From Candidatus Latescibacterota bacterium (GTDB taxonomy: Bacteria; Latescibacterota; UBA2968; UBA8231): 64,000 nt of DNA. Below, piece after piece: positions 6,935 to 16,851 of this stretch. The position numbers and the translations under genes were made by a program. The stretch lies in NCBI GenBank assembly GCA_965248355.1, contig OZ252098.1, forward strand, positions 1,184,001-1,248,000, written 5' to 3'. Position 1 is the stretch's first letter, and every line of letters starts with the position of its first letter. The notes beneath the pieces were generated by a model, which was not told the DNA's origin, searched no databases, and saw only the letters and a program-made list of their open reading frames with translations.

Positions 6935-8989
6935 TCAGCAGGCCGATTGGCCCATGCGCTCCAGGCCCTCGCGGACTCGGCGGGACAGGGAGTCCAGGCT
7001 GTCCTTCAACGGGAAGGCCGGTTCGAAGTTCGGTGAGGTGGACAGGATCTGCTCCACGTCGGCGGCCACCTCCTCCGGCTGCAGCACCCGCCGCTCCAGC
7101 AGGCCCTCCAGGGCGTGCACCGTCTCCTGGCGGCAGCGCCAGTCCGGATGCACGTAGAACCGGCGCAGGTCCGCCAGGCGCTCGGCGCGGCAGGTGACCC
7201 GGCCGAGGGCCCCCAGGGCGGCTGCGACCACGGAGCTCACGCCGTCGCCCAGGGACTCGACGAGGGCCGCTTCCACCTCCTCGTCCCCCGGAGTCGCCTG
7301 CTCGCCGAGGAGGCGGGCGGCGGCGACGCGCACCTCGAAGTAGGGATCATCGGAGAGGGCCTCCAGGACCGCGGACCGGCCCTGCGGACCGGCCCGCCGC
7401 AGCCCGATCATGGACAGGGGGAAGTCGATCGCGTTCCGCCGCAGGATGCCGGGGTGACGGTAGTCGCCGCCGGCGAGGCGCTGCAGCGGGCTGGCCGGGG
7501 TGCGGTCGCCGATCAGGGCGAGCACCAGGGGCAGGCGTTCCTCCCAGGCCAGCAGGCCCACGAGCTTGACCCCCACGTTGCGGCGGCCGTAGGGGATCTC
7601 GTACCAGCTCTCCGACGCCAGGTTCCGGTCGGCCTGGTAACGCAGGAAGGCCAGCTCCATCGGGCACAGGGCCTCCACCCCTCCCGCCTCGGCGATCCGG
7701 CTCCGCACGTGGCGCAGCAGACGATTCGGATCGGCCGGCACCCCGGCAGACCCGGCCACGGGGTACTCGAGTCTCAGGGGCGGCGGACGGAGGCCCTGCC
7801 TCAGGCTGTCGATCTCGCCGAGGATGGCCTCCAGGCTGTCGCGCCGCGGCGCCGAGGCGGCGGCGGCGGCCATGCGCCCGCGCTCGTCCGGTCCGTCGAG
7901 GAGCTCGAGGATGGCGCCGGCGAGACGGGACCCGCTGACCGCCAGATCGACGCGCCCATCCATGCGCCAGCTGGCCTCCTCGAACAGAACCCGGGCGGCT
8001 CCGAGCCCCTGAAGGGCCATGGCGTTGACCGCCTGGTGATCCTCGGCCGCCGTCGACAGCGGCAGGATCACCGCCGGCAGACCGCACACGCCGACCTCGG
8101 TGAGGGTGCTCATGCCGCCCCTGCAGACCACGAGGTCGGCAGCGGCGTAGGCGGTCTCGATCTCCTCCATGTAGCCGAACCGGCGGTACCACTGCTCGAG
8201 ATCCTGGAGGCCGGTCCGCTCCAGGGCGCCGGCGGTGTCCGCCACGGGGTCGTAGTCCTCCGAGACGTGGGCCCCCGTGCCGTGCAGGATGAGCAGCTCG
8301 TCGGCCCGGTTCGCCAGCAGCGGCAGGGCTTCGACCACGGCCCGGTTGATGGTCCTCGACCCCTGCGATCCTCCGAATATGAAGACGACGAGGCGATCTC
8401 CCTCGATCTCCCAGACCGCCCTCGCTCCCTCCCGGTCGAGGCGGGTCAGCTCGCGGCGCACCGGGAACCCGACCACCGCCACCCGCTTCATGTCGAACCA
8501 GCGGGCGGCTTGCTCGAAGACGACGCCGATGCGGTCGGCGATGCGACCGACGGCCTGGTTCAGCAGCCCGGGATGGGCGTTCGGCTCGTAGGCGAAGACC
8601 CTCGCCCGGCTCAGTCCGACCTTGCGCAGCAGACCGCTGGCGAACAGGATCGGAGCGCTCACGAAACCACCGGTGGCGAAGATCACATGGGGCCGGAACC
8701 GCAGCAGGACGAGGACCGCTCCGGCGACGCCGGCGGCCAGGACGAGGCTGAAGCGGAGCAGCGGCCAGGCGCGACGGGTGCGCGGAAAGGGCCTGGAAGG
8801 CAGCCGCCGCAGCGGATAGCCCCGGGCCGGCACGACGCGCTCCTCCAGCCGCCCCCGGACCCCCACGTACAGGAATCGAGCCTCGGGCTGGCGGCGCCGG
8901 ATCTCGTCGGCCACGGCCAGCGCCGGGTACACATGGCCGCCGGTACCGCCGCCGGTGAACAGGTATCTCACGGACGAAGGGCCGATCAT
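6935..8989 (-). CDS. murG: MurG-like GlcNAc transferase (GT28) fused to a C-terminal ~285 aa HEAT-repeat-like domain
   Basis: GGGTGGHVYPA, GGFVSAP, YEPN, GFPVR, GGSQGS, RGGMSTLTE, DHQAVNA in first ~400 aa; then LSDDPYFEVRVAAARLLG, LGDGVSSVVAAALGALG, HPDWRCRQETVHAL. Confidence 0.88.
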   Translation of the reverse strand: MIGPSSVRYLFTGGGTGGHVYPALAVADEIRRRQPEARFLYVGVRGRLEERVVPARGYPLRRLPSRPFPRTRRAWPLLRFSLVLAAGVAGAVLVLLRFRPHVIFATGGFVSAPILFASGLLRKVGLSRARVFAYEPNAHPGLLNQAVGRIADRIGVVFEQAARWFDMKRVAVVGFPVRRELTRLDREGARAVWEIEGDRLVVFIFGGSQGSRTINRAVVEALPLLANRADELLILHGTGAHVSEDYDPVADTAGALERTGLQDLEQWYRRFGYMEEIETAYAAADLVVCRGGMSTLTEVGVCGLPAVILPLSTAAEDHQAVNAMALQGLGAARVLFEEASWRMDGRVDLAVSGSRLAGAILELLDGPDERGRMAAAAASAPRRDSLEAILGEIDSLRQGLRPPPLRLEYPVAGSAGVPADPNRLLRHVRSRIAEAGGVEALCPMELAFLRYQADRNLASESWYEIPYGRRNVGVKLVGLLAWEERLPLVLALIGDRTPASPLQRLAGGDYRHPGILRRNAIDFPLSMIGLRRAGPQGRSAVLEALSDDPYFEVRVAAARLLGEQATPGDEEVEAALVESLGDGVSSVVAAALGALGRVTCRAERLADLRRFYVHPDWRCRQETVHALEGLLERRVLQPEEVAADVEQILSTSPNFEPAFPLKDSLDSLSRRVREGLERMGQSAC

Positions 8990-9082
8990 GTCGTCGCCGC
9001 GGGGGGGCGCGGGCGACTGCGTCGGAGGGGGAGCTGCGAGGGAGGGAGGCCCCTCGCCCGGGGTGGCTCAAGGGTCTGGTCC

Positions 9083-9111
9083 AGTATACACAGCGGTCCC
9101 AGGTCCGACAA
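9083..9111 (-). promoter_or_regulatory. Candidate promoter for murG-mraY
   Basis: Minus strand TTGTCG (9111-9106), 17 nt, TATACT (9088-9083). Confidence 0.55.
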
Positions 9112-9124
9112 GCTCCGCCACGGC

Positions 9125-9874
9125 TCAGATCATGGTCACCAGGTCCGCCGGCAGCCATCCGCCGAGACCGTTGTCCAGGCGGACCAGGAGCCACTCCCCC
9201 TCGCGGCGCTCCACGGTCACCTTCGTGCCCTCGTGAACGACGAACACGGGGGTCTGCCCGAGGTCGGGGCCGCCTCTCGCCTGTCCCTGGATAGCGGTGA
9301 CCACCGCCTCGGAGAGGGTGAGCTCGCGGTGCAGGCGCGTGCCGGCGAAGGCTCCGAACCCCAGGATCCCGCCGAGGCAGAGGCCGAGGGCCACCACCGC
9401 GGCCGGACCGGAGCCGCGCAGCAGGCGCCAGCTGGCCGCGGCGGCCAGCCCGAGCAGGCTCAGGGAGAGTCCGGCGAAGAGCTCGTTCGAGGTCGGCCAG
9501 AGGTAGAGCTCGTAGAGGAAGGCGCCGTCCTCTTCCTCTTCGCGGTCCCGCTTGATGCGGCGCAGGAACCGCAGGTTGGCCAGCACGTCCTCGTCCCTGG
9601 GCGCCACTCTCCGGGCGCGCTCGTACCAGACGATGGCCTCGCCCAGGCGGCCGTCCTTGAAGCAGGCGTTTCCGAGGTTGTAGAACAGGCGCTCGTCCCG
9701 GACCCCGGTGCCGGACGCCGCCAGGTAGCGCTGCCGGGCGCCGGCGAACTCGCCTCGCCGGTAGAGATCGTTGCCCTCGGCGTAGAGCCCCGCGGCGGCG
9801 GACTGGGCGGCGGCCTCGCCCACGGCGAGAACCGTGAACAGTCCCGCCGCCAGGAGGCGCAAGGGCCGGATCAC
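9125..9874 (-). CDS. batE: BatE-like TPR + SH3 protein
   Basis: GTG 9874 overlaps batD stop (GTGA); signal peptide, YAEGNDLY..G, YNLGNA.FK.G.LGEAI.WYERA, two TM helices, C-terminal SH3b (HEGTKV...WLLVRL.NG..GWLP). Confidence 0.8.
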   Translation of the reverse strand: MIRPLRLLAAGLFTVLAVGEAAAQSAAAGLYAEGNDLYRRGEFAGARQRYLAASGTGVRDERLFYNLGNACFKDGRLGEAIVWYERARRVAPRDEDVLANLRFLRRIKRDREEEEDGAFLYELYLWPTSNELFAGLSLSLLGLAAAASWRLLRGSGPAAVVALGLCLGGILGFGAFAGTRLHRELTLSEAVVTAIQGQARGGPDLGQTPVFVVHEGTKVTVERREGEWLLVRLDNGLGGWLPADLVTMI

Positions 9875-11658
9875 GACAGCGCCTTCCGGAGGAGGGCCAT
9901 CGCCTCCTCGGTCTCCGCGAGCAGTTCCTCCCGGGTCCCGCGGTCGGTGTTGGCGGGCGCGTAGCGGCCGAACTCGCAGCGCTCCAGTACGGCGTCCACC
10001 CGGTCGACGAGGGCGGGGTCGACGCCCCGGTCCTCCAGCTCCTGCCGGCAACGGTCCCGGGTCAGACCGGGCGCCGGCCGGTTTCCCTGGTCGGCGATGA
10101 AGGCGACCACGGCCTCCTGCAGGGCGCCGTGAAAGCCGTCGCCCTCCGCCGCTCTCCGGCCCGCTTCCCGCAGGCGGCCGGCCAGCTCGCCGCCGGACCG
10201 ACGCCGGCGAGCGTAGGCCGCATCCTTCTCCAGCCTGCGGCGATGGCGGTGCCAGGAGACCAGGGCCAGGTAGCCCAGGGGCAGCAGGGCGTGGGCGAAC
10301 CAGTAGTAGCCGCTGCGGTACAGGGGTGAGGCGGCGCCGATGTGCGCCACGTCGGGCTTGATGTGCCGGATGTCGCGTCCGAGCCGCTCGATCTCGCGCC
10401 GCGTCAGGTCGTACCCCTCCCCGGCGGCGGCTGCGGCGCTGTCCGGGCGGCTGTGAATCGCCATGGGCGCGCTCGAGGCCGTGCGGTACCGGTGGGACGC
10501 GGGATCGAAGTAGGCCACTCTCAGGGCCGGGATCTCCAGACGGCCTTCGCGCCCGGGGATCAGGATGTACTCGAGCCTCCTCGCAGCCCTGTACCGGCCG
10601 TCGGCGGAGCGTCCTTCCTCCACCTCCACCTTGGGCTCGTAGACCTCGAAGCCCCGGGGATGCAAGGCCGGCTCCGGGATGCTCTGCACGTTGCCGGTGC
10701 CCGTGATCGACACCTTCAGGGTGACCGGATCGCCGACGCGCACATCCCGGGGCCGGGCCTCGACGGAGATGCCGAACTCGCCCACGGCCCCCGCGAAGTC
10801 TCCGGGCCTCCCCTGTTCCGGTAGAGGTCGGACGTGGATGGAGACGGGCTCGCTGCGGATCATCAAGGCTCGACTGCGTCCGAAGATGGGGTCTTCCAGC
10901 AAGGAGCAGGTCAGCCCCAGGGGATCGATGACCTGGGAGCCGGAAGCGGTGGGGAACAGCACGACGTGGCGCAGGGGGGCCACCTGGAACGGCAGCCCCT
11001 GGATCACCTCGCGATGGGGGTCCAGCCGCGAGGCGGCGAACAACTCCTTGACCCAGAACCCGGTGTACTCCGGCACCTCGGCGAGCCGGGGGCCGCGCAG
11101 GTGGTACCGGTAGCACAGATCGAAGCGCACGTTCACCTGCTCTCCCACGTACGCCGTGTCCCGGTCGGCCTGCACCCGCACGAAGAGGTCGTCCTCGAGC
11201 TCCCGCTCTCCGGCCTCGCCGTCTCGCTCCGGCGTCCGCGCGGCGGTCTTGCCGAGGACGTGCACCTCCACCTCTTCCGTGGTCAGGACCTCGCCCTCCG
11301 CCTGCAGACGCGCGGGACCGAGCGTGAACCGGCCCGGGTTCCGGGCGTAGAGGGTGTACTTCAGCTCCCGGGTGAACCGCGCCCCCCTGTGGTCGTGGGA
11401 CTCCATGTCCATCACCGAGGGACCATGGACGATGAACTCCCGCAGGTCGATGGTGGGCGCCGCCAGGTGGCTCAGGGGGGTCTCCGCGCTCAGACGCAGG
11501 GTCAGCTGGATCGGTTGAGACGCGGAGACCTGGCTGCGGTCCACGGCCAGGGTGAACTCGATCTCCGGCCGGGCGGGTCCTGCCGACAGGAGCACGAGGG
11601 CCGCCATGAATTGCAGTCGGCGGGCCGGAAGGCGGGCCGGTACAGGGTTACCAGTCAC
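9871..11658 (-). CDS. batD: BatD family protein
   Basis: Signal peptide, repeated Ig-like modules (PGRFTLGPA, AYVGEQV, FAGAVGEF, VGDPVTL..SITGTGN, YFDP...YRT), DIRHIK, TM, C-terminal RYAP; start GTG 11658 or ATG 11607. Confidence 0.85.
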   Translation of the reverse strand: MTGNPVPARLPARRLQFMAALVLLSAGPARPEIEFTLAVDRSQVSASQPIQLTLRLSAETPLSHLAAPTIDLREFIVHGPSVMDMESHDHRGARFTRELKYTLYARNPGRFTLGPARLQAEGEVLTTEEVEVHVLGKTAARTPERDGEAGERELEDDLFVRVQADRDTAYVGEQVNVRFDLCYRYHLRGPRLAEVPEYTGFWVKELFAASRLDPHREVIQGLPFQVAPLRHVVLFPTASGSQVIDPLGLTCSLLEDPIFGRSRALMIRSEPVSIHVRPLPEQGRPGDFAGAVGEFGISVEARPRDVRVGDPVTLKVSITGTGNVQSIPEPALHPRGFEVYEPKVEVEEGRSADGRYRAARRLEYILIPGREGRLEIPALRVAYFDPASHRYRTASSAPMAIHSRPDSAAAAAGEGYDLTRREIERLGRDIRHIKPDVAHIGAASPLYRSGYYWFAHALLPLGYLALVSWHRHRRRLEKDAAYARRRRSGGELAGRLREAGRRAAEGDGFHGALQEAVVAFIADQGNRPAPGLTRDRCRQELEDRGVDPALVDRVDAVLERCEFGRYAPANTDRGTREELLAETEEAMALLRKALS

Positions 11659-12397
11659 GGGCCTCGTCGCCCCCCCCGCGGGCGCGGTAACGCCGCTCCT
11701 GGGCCTCCTGCTCCCGATCGCGGAAGGCGTCGAGCAGGCGCTCCGCCTCCTCGCGGTCCAGGCCGCCCTCCTCCGCCGGGGGCGGCGCCTGCGCCTCGCC
11801 GTCCTCGTCATCGGGCTCCGGTGGCCCCTCGTCGGGCTCCGGAGAGGAGGATGGCCGCTGCTGCTGTTGCTCCTCCCCTTCCGGGGGATCCCGCTGATCC
11901 CCGTCCGGGGAATCCTGCTCCCCTCCGTCCGGGGGATCCTCCTGATTCTCACCGCCCTGCGGCTGGGGCGGCGGCAGCCGCTGCAGGGCGAGCTCCAGGT
12001 TCGCCTTGGCGTCGGCGTCGCCGGGGACCCGCTGCAGGGCCTGCCGATAGGCTTCGGCGGCGGCCGGATAGTCCTGCAGCTGGAAGTGGGTGTTCCCCTT
12101 GTTGTAGTGACCGCTCGCCGACAGGGCCGGGTCGGCGGCGGCGGCCACCCTCTCGAACTCGCGCAGGGCTCTCTCGAAGTCGCCGAGCCGGAACTGGGCG
12201 TCGCCCACATTGAGATGGAGGCGAGCCGACTCCGGCCGCTCCACGAGGGCCTCCTTGTACATCTGCAGCGCTTCCTCGTAGCGTCCCGCCTCGTACAAAG
12301 CGCGGGCGGCCTCGTTCCGGGAGACGGCTCGATCGCCGATGCTGCGCGCCTGCGCCGCAGAGGCCGCGAGCAGCAGGACCAGAGCCAGCGCTCTCAC
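11648..12397 (-). CDS. batC: BatC-like TPR protein with acidic Q/E/P-rich linker
   Basis: GTG 12397 overlaps batB stop; signal peptide, TPRs (YNKGNTHF, ADAKANLELA), low-complexity linker, EEAERLLDA...RDW C-terminus. Confidence 0.85.
   Translation of the reverse strand: MRALALVLLLAASAAQARSIGDRAVSRNEAARALYEAGRYEEALQMYKEALVERPESARLHLNVGDAQFRLGDFERALREFERVAAAADPALSASGHYNKGNTHFQLQDYPAAAEAYRQALQRVPGDADAKANLELALQRLPPPQPQGGENQEDPPDGGEQDSPDGDQRDPPEGEEQQQQRPSSSPEPDEGPPEPDDEDGEAQAPPPAEEGGLDREEAERLLDAFRDREQEAQERRYRARGGGDEARDW
11867..11938 (-). repeat. Three imperfect 24-bp tandem repeats within batC
   Basis: Encode DPPDGGEQ / DSPDGDQR / DPPEGEEQ. Confidence 0.6.
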
Positions 12398-13422
12398 GCG
12401 AACCTCCCCCGCCACTCCCTCCGGCCGCGGGACCGCTCGGAGAGCAACCCCTCGGCCAGGAAGCAGGCCAGGGCCAGGGCCAGGGGGATCTGGAAGCGTT
12501 CCTCGTAGCGGGTGAAGCGCTCGGCTCCGAGCTCCTTCTGCTGCAGGCCGGAGATCCGGTCGGCCACGTCCTCCAACTCCCGGCCCGTGAGACTGCTGCG
12601 CCAGTAGGCGCCCTCCCCGGCGGCGGCCACCTCGCGCAGGGCGGCCTCGTCGAGACGGGACTTCACATAGTTGCCGTCGCGGTCCTTGTGGTAGTCCAGG
12701 CGGCTCCCGTCTTCGGACCCCAGGGGAATCAGGTCCCCCTCCGGCGAGCCGACGCCGATGCAGAACAGGCGGACTCCCCGGTCGGCCAGCTGACCCGCGG
12801 CGTCGGCGGCCGAGCCCGTGTGCGCCTCGCCGTCGCTGAAGAGGACGGCCACCTTGTCGTTCCGGTCCTCGGGGTCGAAGACCCCCCCCGCCAGCTCGAG
12901 GGCCCGGGCCAGGGAGGTCCCCTGGGACGGAATGGCGTTCACGTCCACCGCGCCAAGGAGCAGGCGCAGAGCCGCGGTGTCGAGGGTCAGGGGACACTGG
13001 ACGTAGGCGTTGGCGGCGAACACGACGAGAGCGACACGGTCGCCCTGGAGGTCGTCCAGCAGCTTGCCCATGGCCTGCCGCGCCCGTTCGAGCCGGTTCG
13101 GACGCACGTCCTCGGTGAGCATGCTGCGCGACAGATCGAGAAGGAGGACCACGTCCACGCCGCGCCGCTGGGCCATCTCCAGGCGCACCCCGAACCGGGG
13201 GCCCGTGAGGGCCAGCGCCAGCAGCCCCAGGCCGGCCACGAGGAGGGCGGACTTCACGTGCTGCCGGGTGCGGCTCACGCTCCGGATGAGGCGGGGAGCC
13301 ACGGCGGCATGGGCCAGGCGCTCGAGGTCGCGCCGGCGGCGGCTGTGGGCCCAGGCCGCGAACCAGGCCGCCAGCGGCACCAGGAGCAGCAGCCATTGGT
13401 TGTGCTCGGCGGCGAAGCGCAT
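12394..13422 (-). CDS. batB: BatB-like VWA domain membrane protein
   Basis: N-terminal TMs, ALTGPRFG, MIDAS DLSRSM, PNRLERA, CPLTLD, GTSL, FSDGE, SRLDE..L, C-terminal TM. Confidence 0.88.
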   Translation of the reverse strand: MRFAAEHNQWLLLLVPLAAWFAAWAHSRRRRDLERLAHAAVAPRLIRSVSRTRQHVKSALLVAGLGLLALALTGPRFGVRLEMAQRRGVDVVLLLDLSRSMLTEDVRPNRLERARQAMGKLLDDLQGDRVALVVFAANAYVQCPLTLDTAALRLLLGAVDVNAIPSQGTSLARALELAGGVFDPEDRNDKVAVLFSDGEAHTGSAADAAGQLADRGVRLFCIGVGSPEGDLIPLGSEDGSRLDYHKDRDGNYVKSRLDEAALREVAAAGEGAYWRSSLTGRELEDVADRISGLQQKELGAERFTRYEERFQIPLALALACFLAEGLLSERSRGRREWRGRFA

Positions 13423-13426
13423 GGTC

Positions 13427-14398
13427 TCAGGGCAGGCTGCGGAAGCGGGTGCGCGACAACAGGAAGTCCCCTGCCAGGGCCAGGAACCCCGGCCACAGGA
13501 ACAGGGGGTACAACTCCGAGTACTCCAGGTGAACCTGGCTGGTGACCTCGGTCTTCTCCAGGCGGCCGATCTCGGCGTAGATCTCCTCCAGCTTCTCGCC
13601 GCTGGTGGCGTGGTAGTACTGGCCGCCCGTGGCGGCGGCGATGGAGCGCAGGGTCTCCTCGTCGAAGTCCACCCCCCGGCCGCGGACCTGCGGCGGCGCC
13701 CCGACGCCGATGGTGTAGACGCGCACGCCCACGGCGGCGGCGGCCTCGGCCGCCGTCTGCGGATAGATCTCCCCGGCGTTGTTCACGCCGTCGGTGAGCA
13801 GGATGGCGACGCGGCCCCGGCGCCCTTCCCCACCCGCGTCTCGCAGTCGGTTGGTGGCGTTGATCAGGGCCATGCCGATGGCGGTGCCGTCCCAGGTCTC
13901 GTGGGCGATCTCGATCTCCTCCAGGAACTGCAGGAGCACGTCGTAATCGAGGGTGAGGGGACACTGGGTGAAGCTCTCGGCGGCGAAGACGACCATGCCG
14001 ATGCGGTCGGTGTGGCGGCCGTGGATGAAGCGGGCCACCACCTCCTTGGCCACCGCCAGCCGGCCCGCGGGACCCAGGTCCCGGGCCCGCATGCTGCCCG
14101 AGACGTCCAGAATGAGCATGATGTCCACGCCCTCGGCCGAGACGTCCACGATGCGCTCGCCGCTCTGCGGACGGGCCAGGGCGGCGACGAGACAGGCCAC
14201 GGCCAGGAAACGGGCTACGGGCAGGGCCCGGCGGGCCACGGCCCAGGGACCGGCCGGCAGGCCCCGCAGGTCGCCGACCTGGGGATAGCGGACGGAGCCC
14301 CTCAGCCGCTGGCCGTGGCGCCGCTGCCGCCACCCCATCCAGGGCAGCAGCAGAAGAAGGAGCAGGAAGGCGGGGTCGGCGAATCGAAGCTCGTCCAT
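13427..14398 (-). CDS. batA: BatA-like VWA domain membrane protein
   Basis: FADP.FLLLL, ALARPQ, MIDAS DVSGSM, CPLTLD, GTAIG, LLTDGVNNAG, VYTIGVG, DEETL..IA..TGG.YY.A. Confidence 0.9.
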   Translation of the reverse strand: MDELRFADPAFLLLLLLLPWMGWRQRRHGQRLRGSVRYPQVGDLRGLPAGPWAVARRALPVARFLAVACLVAALARPQSGERIVDVSAEGVDIMLILDVSGSMRARDLGPAGRLAVAKEVVARFIHGRHTDRIGMVVFAAESFTQCPLTLDYDVLLQFLEEIEIAHETWDGTAIGMALINATNRLRDAGGEGRRGRVAILLTDGVNNAGEIYPQTAAEAAAAVGVRVYTIGVGAPPQVRGRGVDFDEETLRSIAAATGGQYYHATSGEKLEEIYAEIGRLEKTEVTSQVHLEYSELYPLFLWPGFLALAGDFLLSRTRFRSLP

Positions 14399-14401
14399 GG
14401 G

Positions 14402-15370
14402 TCAGGAGCCGCCTTCGGAAGTCGCCGCCGCCCCGGCCGCCACCAGGGCCCGCAGCTGCTGCCCGGCGCCGGCCACCAGCCGCCGGCCCTCCTCCGGCGC
14501 CGCCGCCGCCTCGGGCCCTGGGGGCTCGGCCCGGGCGAACTTGACCAGGTCCGCCGCCTGCAGGAAGTCGATGATGCCTTCCCGGGTGTCGGCGTCGGGG
14601 GGAGACGGAGCCCGGCGCAGGTCGGCGGCGATCTCGGAGGTGGTGCGGTCCAGGCCGTCCACGGACAGCCGGTCCTCGAGGAAGCGGCGCATGACCTCGG
14701 ACAGACGGGTGTAATAGACCTTCAGGGCCCCGCGCTGCAGCAGCCCCGACTCGGCGATGAGGACGAACTCCCTCTCGTAGTCCACCGGAGCCGGCGGCGG
14801 GCTCGGGAGCTCGGTTGGCTCCTTGGGGCGGCGCAGCAGGAACCGGCCCGCCAGCCAGGCCAGGAGCACGGCCGCGGCCGCCGCCAGGATCCCGGCGAGC
14901 CACAGGGGGATGCCGCCGGGGATCGCCATGGGCGGCTTGATCTCCCGCAGCGCGTCACCCTCCTCCGGATCACGGGCGGACACGATCTCCATGGGAATCG
15001 ACGGCGACGTGAGACGCGCGGTGTCGGAGGCCGCCCCTACCACCAGGACCTCCAGGGCCGGGATGGCGCCGGTATCGAGGGTGAAGGCGGTCAGTTCGTA
15101 GCGGCGCTCGTCGACCTCGAGGCCGCCGGCTGCGGCCCTCGTGGCCGGCGCCGACTGGGAGCGCACGATCCACGAACCCAGCTTCTCCTGCAGCTCCGGG
15201 AACAGGGAACGCGAGGAGGCCGGACGCTCGACGCGCAGGAGCAGGGCCACGGGATCGCCGAGACGGACCCTCCCCGTGTCGACCTCCGCCCTCAGGAGCG
15301 GCCGGTCGGCGTGGACCGGGGAAGCGACGGCGGCGGCGACCAGGGCCGCGCCGCGGAGGAAAGCTGTCAT
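14402..15370 (-). CDS. Bat-operon-associated membrane protein (Ig-like periplasmic domain, TM, helical cytoplasmic domain)
   Basis: Signal peptide, LGDPV.L, FTLDTG.IP, EIKPP, TM, YYTRLSEVMRRFLE, TTSEI, ADLVKFAR; typical of the gene preceding batA. Confidence 0.75.
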   Translation of the reverse strand: MTAFLRGAALVAAAVASPVHADRPLLRAEVDTGRVRLGDPVALLLRVERPASSRSLFPELQEKLGSWIVRSQSAPATRAAAGGLEVDERRYELTAFTLDTGAIPALEVLVVGAASDTARLTSPSIPMEIVSARDPEEGDALREIKPPMAIPGGIPLWLAGILAAAAAVLLAWLAGRFLLRRPKEPTELPSPPPAPVDYEREFVLIAESGLLQRGALKVYYTRLSEVMRRFLEDRLSVDGLDRTTSEIAADLRRAPSPPDADTREGIIDFLQAADLVKFARAEPPGPEAAAAPEEGRRLVAGAGQQLRALVAAGAAATSEGGS

Positions 15371-15383
15371 CGGGCCGGACCCG

Positions 15384-16826
15384 CTACCCGTCGGCCGGCT
15401 CCACGGCTTCCGAGGCCTCCTCCATCGGGTTGGACACGTCGTCCAGGCTCAGATCGAGGTCCTCCACCGAGTCCTCTTCGACGGTGACCACGGTGCCCAG
15501 GTCGGCGCGCATCGCGTAGGCCTGGCCGTCGCCCGTCGTCGAGCCGACGCGGACTTCCACCGTACGGCCTCCGGTGAGATCGACGCGCACGGACAGCCGC
15601 GGCGAGTCGAGACCGAAGGGAGCCAGGGGAAGGCTCCCGTCGGCCGCTCCATCCTGGACGAAGCCCTCCGCCTCCAGATCGTTCAGGTCGTTCACCAGGC
15701 TGGTGAACCGCCAGGCCTTGGGCTCGCGCCCGGCGGCGTCCACCAGGCCCCAGGTGCCGGCGCTGTCCCGGGAGGCGGTGAAGACCCGCTCCCCCCGGCG
15801 CCGCAGCTCGATGCGGGAGATCTCCTCCTCGGACAGGGCCAGGAGCTTCCTCTCCCGCAGATCCGACAGCGGCTTGAGCAGCTCGTTGACGACGGTGGAG
15901 TCGACGACGAACACGTGGGGCCGGCTGGAGTCGCGGGCGAAGCGGTCGCCCCCGCCGGCCTCGGCGCCGACCTGCAGGCGCTTCTCGGCCCGGTCCTCGC
16001 CGATCCACAGGGTCACCTCCGCCAGGGCCGAGCCATCCTGCAGGCCGGCCGCCGACAACTCGTCGGCGGTGGGCTGCTCGAAGGCGATCCGGCTGGTCTC
16101 GGAATTCCGCAGCCGCGACAGGACGTCGTCCACCTCGTCGTCGTCGGCTTCCCTGGCCAGGGGCTGGTCGAGACGCCAGCCCCCATCCTGCCGGTAGAGC
16201 TCCACCCGGCCGCCGGGCCGGTCGAGCCTCAGGCCCCTGACCTCGTCCTCCTCGAAGGCCAGCAGCCGCCGGTCGCGCAGGTCGAAGAGGCCCTTGTCGA
16301 GGTTGTCGAACCGCCAGGCGCGGACCCTCAACACCTCCGGGTTGTCCCCCGAGCGCTGCAGGTAGGTGAAGCGCTCGGTGGGCGTGTCGTCGCCGAAGCG
16401 CAGGGTGTCGAAGACCGCGGGCGACTCCCCGGCGAGCTCGAGCAGCACCTGCAGGCGGGGCCGCTCCAGGCCGTAGGCGGTCAGCCGCCCCGCGTCCCCG
16501 GCCACGGCGGCGCTGTCCTGCAGAGGCTCGCCCTCGATCTCGGTCTCCCGCAGGTTCCTCAGGTAGCGCTCCACCGCCTGGGCATCGGCGTCGGTGGAGA
16601 CGGGGCTCGTCAGGCGCCAGGACTCCTCCCCCTTCTCCAGGACGGCCACCGTGTCGCCGCGGTCGATGGTGAGGCGCCGGGCCTCGTGATCGCTGAAGTC
16701 CAGGAGCTGGCGGGAGCGTTCCGCTTCGACCTGCCGCTGCTCCCCTCCCTTGATCTCGTAGAAGTAGACGAAGCCCAGCAGGGCCACGAAGATCCCGCTG
16801 ATGATGAGGTTCGTCTTCAGTCCCAT
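15384..16826 (-). CDS. DUF4340-like periplasmic protein, multi-repeat
   Basis: N-terminal TM anchor; repeated W.L..P....AD, YGLERP/FGLDSP, LRDRRLL/LRERKLL; follows GldG-like gene. Confidence 0.8.
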   Translation of the reverse strand: MGLKTNLIISGIFVALLGFVYFYEIKGGEQRQVEAERSRQLLDFSDHEARRLTIDRGDTVAVLEKGEESWRLTSPVSTDADAQAVERYLRNLRETEIEGEPLQDSAAVAGDAGRLTAYGLERPRLQVLLELAGESPAVFDTLRFGDDTPTERFTYLQRSGDNPEVLRVRAWRFDNLDKGLFDLRDRRLLAFEEDEVRGLRLDRPGGRVELYRQDGGWRLDQPLAREADDDEVDDVLSRLRNSETSRIAFEQPTADELSAAGLQDGSALAEVTLWIGEDRAEKRLQVGAEAGGGDRFARDSSRPHVFVVDSTVVNELLKPLSDLRERKLLALSEEEISRIELRRRGERVFTASRDSAGTWGLVDAAGREPKAWRFTSLVNDLNDLEAEGFVQDGAADGSLPLAPFGLDSPRLSVRVDLTGGRTVEVRVGSTTGDGQAYAMRADLGTVVTVEEDSVEDLDLSLDDVSNPMEEASEAVEPADG

Positions 16827-16851
16827 GTGCGGTGCCTCTCGTGCATGTGGC

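Noticed and set aside
9125..13396. ORF-track long versions of batE, batD and batC suggesting fusions or overlapping genes
   Set aside because: True starts are GTG codons overlapping the upstream stops, each followed by a signal peptide; the extensions are off-frame readings of the upstream genes.
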